From Phoronis australis (lineage: Eukaryota; Animalia; Phoronida): 64,000 nucleotides of DNA. The translations under genes were made by a program, and so were the position numbers. Each line of letters begins with the position of its first letter. Position 1 is the stretch's first letter. Below are positions 42,801-51,800 of this stretch, one piece after another. Where the stretch lies: positions 92,048 to 156,047 of the forward strand of contig NMRA01000744.1 in assembly GCA_002633005.1 (NCBI GenBank). Reading direction: 5' to 3'. Below the pieces are notes generated by a model. The model worked only from the letters and a program-made list of their open reading frames with translations. It ran no database searches and was not told the DNA's origin.

Positions 42801-45800
42801 TTGTATCATAAAAATGGCCACTAGATGGCACAAAAACATACAATCCATCAAAAAATGGGAACATGCCATACTTCATAAAAATCTGTCAAGGAACTTCAGA
42901 ACAAAATGAAATTGCCACTTGTGGGCACAGCGTCCGTTCCATCCGCCTGAAAGTCATCGTCTGTTATCTTCATATAAATTCACTTACTAAATTTAATAAA
43001 GATCCCACAGTGGGTTTTGAAGATACAGCTATGAGCACAAAACAAAACAAAACTACCACTAGGAGGCACCACAGTAGTCAGTCACCATCATCAAACGTTC
43101 TTTTCACATTGAAAACATGTACGCCAATTTTCAAAACCATCCCTAGAATGATTTGGTTGATCGAGGTGTGGACGCCAAACACAAGATTTGAAAACAGCAA
43201 AAATGGCCACCAGGTGGTGCAAAATACCTCGATTCCATCCAAAAACAGGATGATAGCACCATCTCACCAATAAATGCCTATATTCAAAATTTTATAAAAA
43301 TCTTTTGAAGATACAGACTGGTAAACATAAAAAACTAAAATTGCCACTAGGGAGCACACCAGAAGTCAGATCCATCCGAAAGTCGTTGTCGTCCATTGTC
43401 AACATCATTTAAAAAACAAAACTGCCACTAGGAGGCGCCAGGGTAGTCGAACTTGGAAAATTGTCGTCAGTCATCCACTTTATATTAAAAACATATATGC
43501 AAGTTTTCACAATTATCCAGAAAGCCGTTTGGTTGATAGACGAGTGGACGCCAAAAAACAGACCCGAAAGCAGTAAAAATGGCCACTAGGTGGTGCAAAC
43601 TAGGTCGAATCCATCTGAAAGCGGAGAGATAGTGCCATCTCATTAACAGATGCCTATATGCCAAATTTTATGAAAATACATTGAGGACCTTTGAGCATAC
43701 AGAGGTAAACGTAAAAAAATAAAATTGCCACTAGGTGGCACACCAGAAGACAGATCCGTCTGAAAGTCATCGTCCTCCGTTGTTAACATCATATAAATAA
43801 ACTTACTAAATTTAGTAAAGATCCTGTGAACGGTTTTGAAGATACAACCATAGGCGGTAAAAAACAAAACTGCCACTAGGAGGTGCCTCAGTAGTCGAAG
43901 TCGTCGGAAAATCGTCAGCCGTCCACTTTACAGTAAGAACATACATGCCAATTTTCGCAATCATCCTTTGAGCGGTTTGGTTGATAAAGGGGTGGACGCA
44001 AAAACACTCACAAACAGTAAAAATGGCCACCACTAGGTGGCGCAATCCACGTCAAATCCATCTGAAAACGGGAGGATAGCATCAACTCACTAGTAGGTGC
44101 CTATATAACAAATTTTATGAAAATCCGTTCAGGACTTTTGAAGATACAGGGTAAACGTAAAAAATAAAATTGCCACTAGGGGGCACACTGGTAGTCGGAT
44201 CCGTCCAAAAGTTCACTCATGCCGTCCCATCCACGGAAGGAACACATGTGCAAAATTTCATGAACATACATCAAGGCGTTTTGGAGATAGAGCAGCGGAT
44301 GCCGGACGCCGGAGATGACAGCATGCGCCCACATATTTATATATAAATATGTGGGCGCATAAAAATGCTTCAGCATTTATTGGTGTTGGCCGACCCTATC
44401 CATTCGAAGATGTCACACGTGCGTATTGTCTACAACTTGAGTTGCCCGCTTGTTCAGCCATGATTCAAGATCAGATGAGCGTGGTAACATTTTTGTACCT
44501 CAGAGCGCTCTGGTTAAGAATTCAACACTGACAGCTAAACAGGCAAAATGCAGCTTCAAGAGTAGCATTTCATATGCTTGCAATTACAACATTTTTGTTT
44601 GAAAATACATTCATGGTTAATCAAACAATAAAAAGGAATTTCTTCTGTGAACTATACCAACCTTCATTTCAATGAACTCCTTGTTCCTCCAGGCAAACAG
44701 CTGGAGTTTCCGCTTGACAGCAACACACAGACGCAGGGAGGTTACACCATCTGTGTCAGTCTGCATAACAACATTACAAATTAGAATATTGGTATGGAGT
44801 AACAAAAGGATGGAAACTGTTGACGAAAATTTTAGGAAAATTGAATTCATACCAGGAGTAGAATAATCAAAGTAACAGAGATAAGAGCACTTGCTCTGAG
44901 AGTTGTTTCTTGAAGAGTCAACTGTCTTGTCTTTTGGATAAAAATCAGTCAACAGATGGCGCCGCCTGTTTCACAAAATCAGACTAGAAGTGAGAAAATT
45001 TGTCAACAACTTGAAGCCAAAAGACAGAAATCCATAGCCTGCTTAGGAGTAGCCAAAAGGCAAAGTCAAAAGACAATCAACTTTTGGCTATAGGCTCTTT
45101 GCAGTTCAATCTTGCTATAAGCTTTCACATTAATTTACACATCAAAGTAACACTAATCTTGCGCACCTCAATTCAGCTTAACATTAAAGATCTTCCATGC
45201 TCAGATGCTCAGAGTATAAAATGACCAGACGGGCTAAACCTACTTCTTGAGTTGTGTCTTGATTGATTGATAATAAACTGTTAGGTCTATCCAAGCCCAA
45301 AAATCACTTCCAAGTCTGAGTAATTAACAAGCCGGCTTTTTACTGAAGTTCAAAACACACTTAATCTCTGAGACCAACGACAAAACGAAATTTGTTCCCA
45401 TGTAACAGTGATAACAAAACATAACAGTCAGTATTCTAATTTCTGATAATACTTCTGATAAATAGTTACCTGAACGTCGGTAGCAAAAAGAGTCGCTCCC
45501 TTTGTCTTATGAAGTGTGGTGATAAGAGTAATCGTTTTGAGATCGTGCACGCTGATCACATTGTCGGACAAAGAAACCAAGATGTCCAGTTCGGGAATGG
45601 CTTCCAGCTGCAAAGAAAAGCTACACACTTCAAAACTAGTAGAATATATATTACTATATATACATATGTATATGTATATATAGTAATATATATTCTACAA
45701 GTACATATGTATATGTATATATAACATATACAACAATAATGGAACAACTGAAATTTTCGCATGTAATAACGTCATGTGTCAACAGAAACAGACAAAGGAT

Positions 45801-48800
45801 GTTACAATATCTGAAAATTTCAGTTGTTCCATTATTGTTGTTTTACTTACCTATGTATATATATATATTTCGTCAAACAATAGTATCCTTGAGAGGATCT
45901 GGATCACTTCATTTAAATTCAGATTTATTTTCTACGTTACTTATCAAAACTAGTAAAAATACAAAAGATACCTGTGGCAGGATAATTCCCATGAAACATT
46001 TCATTGGAAAGCATGAGAGATTATCTATATGGGATAAGTTGAAGATCAACAATATTACATAATCAGAAATGTGTCAGATTATAAAGGTGTCAGTCTGGAT
46101 GCAAAGTACATTTAGCATCCCATCAGACGGTCATTTATTGTTTTACCAACTATTGGTGATGGTTGGAAGCAGCCCACAGTCTTTAATGCAATAGCATTCA
46201 AACAACAAAAAATTTGTGAAATGACAGACATTTTAAATCATAATTATAATTCAAATTGGCTTCTATGCTTAACAAATGCAACGCAAAGCATCGAAACGCG
46301 CCCTCGCATGCACCGCAAACGGTGTGCTTCTAGGGTTGTTTATTTGTTTCATAAAAATGGCCACTAGATGGTGCAAAAGCATCCAATCCATCTAAAAACG
46401 GGCACATGTCATTACTTCTTTAACAGAATGCTATTTGCCAAATTTCATAAAAATCTGTCAACGAAATTTAGTGGAACAAAGAAAACGACTAAAAATGAAA
46501 TTGCCACTATGGGGCACAGCGTTCATTGGGCACAAAAAACTGCCACTAGGAGGCGCCACACTGAATGAAATCATCGGAAAGTCATCAGCCGTCTTCGTCA
46601 TAGTAAGAACATACATGCCAATTTTCACAATCATACTTAGAGCGGTTTGGTTGATAGAGGGGTGGACGCCAAAAAACAGACTAGAAAATAGCAAAAATGG
46701 CCAATAGGTGGCGCAAAGTACGTCAAATCCACCTGAAAACAAAACGATAGCGTCATCTCACTAAAAGATGCATATTATGCTAAATTTTATGAAAATACGT
46801 TGAGGACCTTTGAAGATACAGAGGTAAACGTAAAACACTAAAATTGTCACTAGGGGGCACACCGGTAGTCAGATCCGTCCAAAAGTTCGCACATGCCATC
46901 CCATCCATGAAAGTAACTTAATTACAAAAATTTCATGAACATACGTCAAAGGATTTTGGAGATAGAGCAGCGGACGCCGGACGGATGCTGGACCGACCCC
47001 GGACGGAGATGATGGCATAATGCGTCCACATATAAATATGTGGGAGCATAAAAATGTTCTATTGTAACACTTTTATTCTATTGCTATAATTGCATTTTTT
47101 CTCTCCTTTGAAGTTTTTAACACTCAATTAAGATATGTGTAGGATACATACAAAATGCCATGGATGATACATTGTCACTTGTATAATTCCGATTTGGTTA
47201 AGAAAATTATGAGCCCAAGGTCCCCACAAGACTGAAAAATGTGCGGCATTCAAGAAAATGTTGGGATCAGCAAAAACAGAAAACGAAGAACGGTTGTTGG
47301 TGTTACAAAGCTAAAAGTTTTTTCTGGTTCTAAGAAGTAGAAGATATTGGGAAGAGCTTCAATCAACAATTTTGGGTGTCAGATGGATGTATGTACAAAA
47401 CTGCATTATGTTTGCCATATAACACGCTCAAATTTGAGCTTTGTAATGGTGCTAAGTCACTAAATTTTCTCATATTCTTAACACATGACTAATCTCCGAT
47501 GAGTTCAGACTCATTGCACTGTTATTGAAACAGGTCACAGGCGAGTCACCATTGTCAAGACAGGTTGTGAGGCCTGACATAACAACTAGACCACAAAACA
47601 TTTTTAAGTCTGGTCTGCACGCCACCTGTTGGCCACATCACATGGCCTAATGAGCACAAGTCTGAAGATTTCTGCCCCCGACCGGGGCTCAAACACGGAA
47701 CCTTCTGCTTACCGTGCAAATCCTGGGTTCGAGTCCCGGTCAGGGACAGAAATCTTTTCAGACTTATGTTCAATTAGGTCACATGATGTGGCCAACAGGT
47801 GGCGTGCAGACCAGACAAAAATTTTGATCAATATTTCCATACCAGTTCAAGATTTACATATTTATATACAACAACTATATCATAAACAAAGTAACACTGA
47901 AATGGTGAAAACGAAGATTGGGCTCACCTGAAGAACTGGACGTTTTGAAAATGACTTGTGCGACCGTTCCAACGATACATCGACTTTAGTGTCACCTGTC
48001 AATAAAAACAACTTGGCTCAGGTGCTGAGTTCAATAGGTATTTACATTAATTATCCACTTCTTTCTCACAAAATAATTCTCAAAACTATAATTATTCCAA
48101 TTCTAAAGGTTGATTACTTTGCTACAAACAGTGGAAACTTTTACCAAATACTGTATTATGACACCTACACAGTACAGACCATCCTAGCAATAGACTAAAA
48201 ATATTCCTAATCTCTGTTTTTGTGAAGAAATTTGACAAAGTGTCGCAGAATTTCACTTGTCAGTCATATTGTGCATTAAATACATGAAGAACTATCACAG
48301 GTTCCACAAAGCACTAATTAGGTAAAGCCAAAATTATGAACTTTAAACTGGAATAAATACCCTAGTAGCATTGGCGCAATGGTAACGTGCAGTATTAAAA
48401 ACCGAATAAATGATTCCACCAAAAAAAATGGTTTTCAAAGATGGGTTGGGGCTTTAAAACTTTTGGATAGCCATTTTAAGGATGGCGGACATTACAATTC
48501 ATCGAGTTGAAGTTGTTGATGCAAAAAAACTAGTTTTCTTACCCAAGTGCTGTGGAACTAACTGGTTGAACTTTCTACAGACCAATGGTCAAGGACCACA
48601 TCCTTAACAGACACACGGCATTTAACTAGGCAACTCACTCGTGGTTAGGGGGCACTAGAGTTGTTGTCCAGGAACAAAAATCAAGTGCGACTCAGTTTTC
48701 ACATAAATCAGAAATTTGCAATTACCCAGCGGAAGAAACTATTAGGTTTCGCAATATCAAGTAAGTTTCCACAACAATTAGCACCAAGCCTCTCATTTCT

Positions 48801-51800
48801 GAATACACGTTACTCAAAATGACTTAGAAATACTTAGAAATAACATGGTAATGCAAACTTCCACTCGTACCTCTGCCGACTGGCTTTACAGTGTAGTAAA
48901 GAAGATGACCAGGTTTGGTACCGACAAGTAACGCATCATCTAAAATGAACATTATATTAACATTAATAGCATTGAAACACAAACTGGGGAATTACCTGGG
49001 TGCACAGCATGACCACAAAATGCAGAACAAAACAAAGAAGTAACGCTCAAAGGAATATAAACCCTACGTGGCAGAAATATACAGTATCAATTACTTTGAA
49101 CTGATCACGCACCATATGTCGTGAAGAAACAACTGTAAAGACTGACATAGGGATAATTATTAGGATGAATGCCAGGCGGCGCCCATATTCCCATACAACT
49201 GTATGTAGGGTTGGAACATGATAAATGCTTTCCATAACCACTTGTAATTGCAGTTTACAATATCGAATTGAATCATAAACTGCAGGGCGTTCCATCGAAA
49301 CAGAAACCATGGCATAAAACAGATATCCCGGCGTCGAAAACAGACTCTCGCACCTTCAAAATAACTAACCAGCCCGAAAAACACAAACCCCGACCTTTAA
49401 AAAAGGAACCCCGGGATCAGACAGGAAACCTGGTCAATTTTTCAAATTTTCTAAGACCGTTGTCAGTAGCCTCAAACTTCGAGATACAGCATATTAAGTA
49501 CTTTCCAATTGTTTTCTGCATTTGTTTCTTTAAAATTGTCAATAATGAAACGTAACATATATTATGTTGACTTTTTTATTTGATTTTTATTGGTAAAACA
49601 TGTGCAGCTTATCTGTGGGCAAATTTCAACATAATCTATACCCTCACCACTTCGTTGTCTCTGTGAATTTATTCAATATTTTTTACAAAAATATTTTCAA
49701 AAATGAAAAACAAAAATATTATTTCGACTTTCGAGTGCCATTAATTTGTTGACATGTATGCAACCTCGTTGAACAACAGTTGATAGAATTGGGGAAAAAG
49801 AAACTGGCCAATAGGTGACCCAACATTTCAGGGCACTGAAAGCCGACGCAAAAGATCACATCACAATTTTAGCAACAGAATAACGTTGTCTAAAATTCCC
49901 ATATAGTAAAACAACATACAATAACAACTATTTCAAGTAAGAGAGTGGTGTTTCAGTCCCCGGGTGTCCTGTCTGATCCCCGAGGTTCTTGTTTTAAAGG
50001 TCAGGGTTCGTGTTTTCGGGCTGGTTAGCTTTTTTGAAGGTGCGGGATATCTGTTTTCACCGGGGTTTCCTGTTTTGAGAGAAGACCCTGAACCTTATAT
50101 AAATTTACTGAATGTACACCGCAAGCTCGTCTGCAAAAAACTCTTGCACAGAGTTGAGATAAAAGACAGACTATCTATTTTTGGATTCAGGATGAGAAGA
50201 ATCAAATGATTTGATACCAAACTTGTATTACGAGTAGGTCAAAGTTGTCATGTTCTAAGTAATTAGCCCAGTTCCTGTTTGACCAACTAGTTACTTAAGA
50301 CAATACACTCTGGTTTCAAGAGTCACCTAGAGACTTTCCACTTTAAAGCCCTACTTCAACAGAATGTTGTTATTTTAGATGTATTGGGCTAACCAGGTAC
50401 TCCTACCTTGCAAAGCCTTAGCAAAATAAGAAAACACAAGTTTAATCACGCAAACAAAGGCCCGTCAAATGATAGGCAAATCTGCCTTGTTGCGCCATAT
50501 TACGTCACCGTGAATTCCCTACACAAACAATAAAAGGCCGATAACAGTTGTATTGAATAGGGGTCAGAAAAAACACCATTGCGTGCGGGCATTATTCACA
50601 GCTGTTTGAATTAAAAGGTGATTCTCCCGGTGACGTAGATAAAAGCGAGCCAATATGCCTAACAGTTCATTACATTTGACAATTCATGTAACAAGTGGGC
50701 TCAGAATTTTTCTAAGCGCCCTGGTGCTTATTAAGGCGAATATGGTATAGCCAACTCTAGCAGATATCCATGGGTTGGCAAGTTACCCATGAGTCGGACT
50801 TCCAACTCTGCTCCCATAGACCCTGAGACAGACTACAAGTACATGGTTGGTGGACTAACAGAAACTTAAAAACATTTTGACTCAGCAAACGTCAGCAAGA
50901 TGATAAATTAAAAAACACCTTTTGTAAATTTCATTTTAGATTTGGAGTAGTAAGAGCATGGAAGAATAAAGCCCCACTCGTAGTTGGTTTGACCTTGATA
51001 CCATGAACTTCAGCGGAAGGTCATCAGTTTCAATAAAAAGTTTTGTGAATAATAAATCTTCCCAGGTAGTTTTGTACTTAATTGTGGTTATCAGACTGCA
51101 GTAAATACTTATATTGTTACGGTTATAAATTGTGAAATCAATTGAACAGTATTGATAATAGAAAATACTAGGTTTGCCATGTGATCCAAACTGAAACACC
51201 AGGTGTTACCTCATAAATATTTTTAGTAAAAAAAGTGTGGACCCAAGGCGGGCTTGGGGGGGGCTCATTTGAGCGAAGAGGGCAAAAAGGTTCGCCTCAG
51301 AGAAACAAAACCACGAAAAGAGTAGAAAATGAGACAAAAGTCTAATGAAAAGGCAGGAACTACCAAAATTCGGCGAATGATTTTCTATTTAACATTTTGC
51401 TTCTACTAGCTAAACAGTACATTTACAAAGAGAGATGTCACAAAAATATACCTAATTTTCTCAAGTTCGTTACAAAAACTTATTATGAATACTATAATGC
51501 TGAAAAATTAAATGCACATAAAAACTTTGTACATGACAGCTTCTCTGCAAAATGGGAAAAATTTATTGTTCATGTTAACTTCATGTAGAAGATATTTACT
51601 TTAAACGAGATATGAAAATGGTCTTCCTGAGGTGTGCATGCGTGAATGAATGGTGTCTTTATTTGTTTGTTTGTTTTTGTAATTGTTTGTAAATGATAAT
51701 AAATACATAAAAAAAAAATTCGGCGAATGCACAATTCATAGCTCTGAACATATCTTGTGAATCTTAATTTTTCTCAAAAATTCGAGCCTTCCCATTTTAC

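Noticed and set aside
42863-43273. 136-aa ORF, and related ORFs at 43643-44376 and 46368-46742
   Set aside because: Chance open frames in the HINE repeat; the frame is not preserved between copies.
47690-47750. tRNA gene (GGTTCGAGTCCC)
   Set aside because: Only the T-arm/B-box half is present; there is no A-box, D-arm or complete acceptor stem, and it is part of an inverted SINE-like pair.
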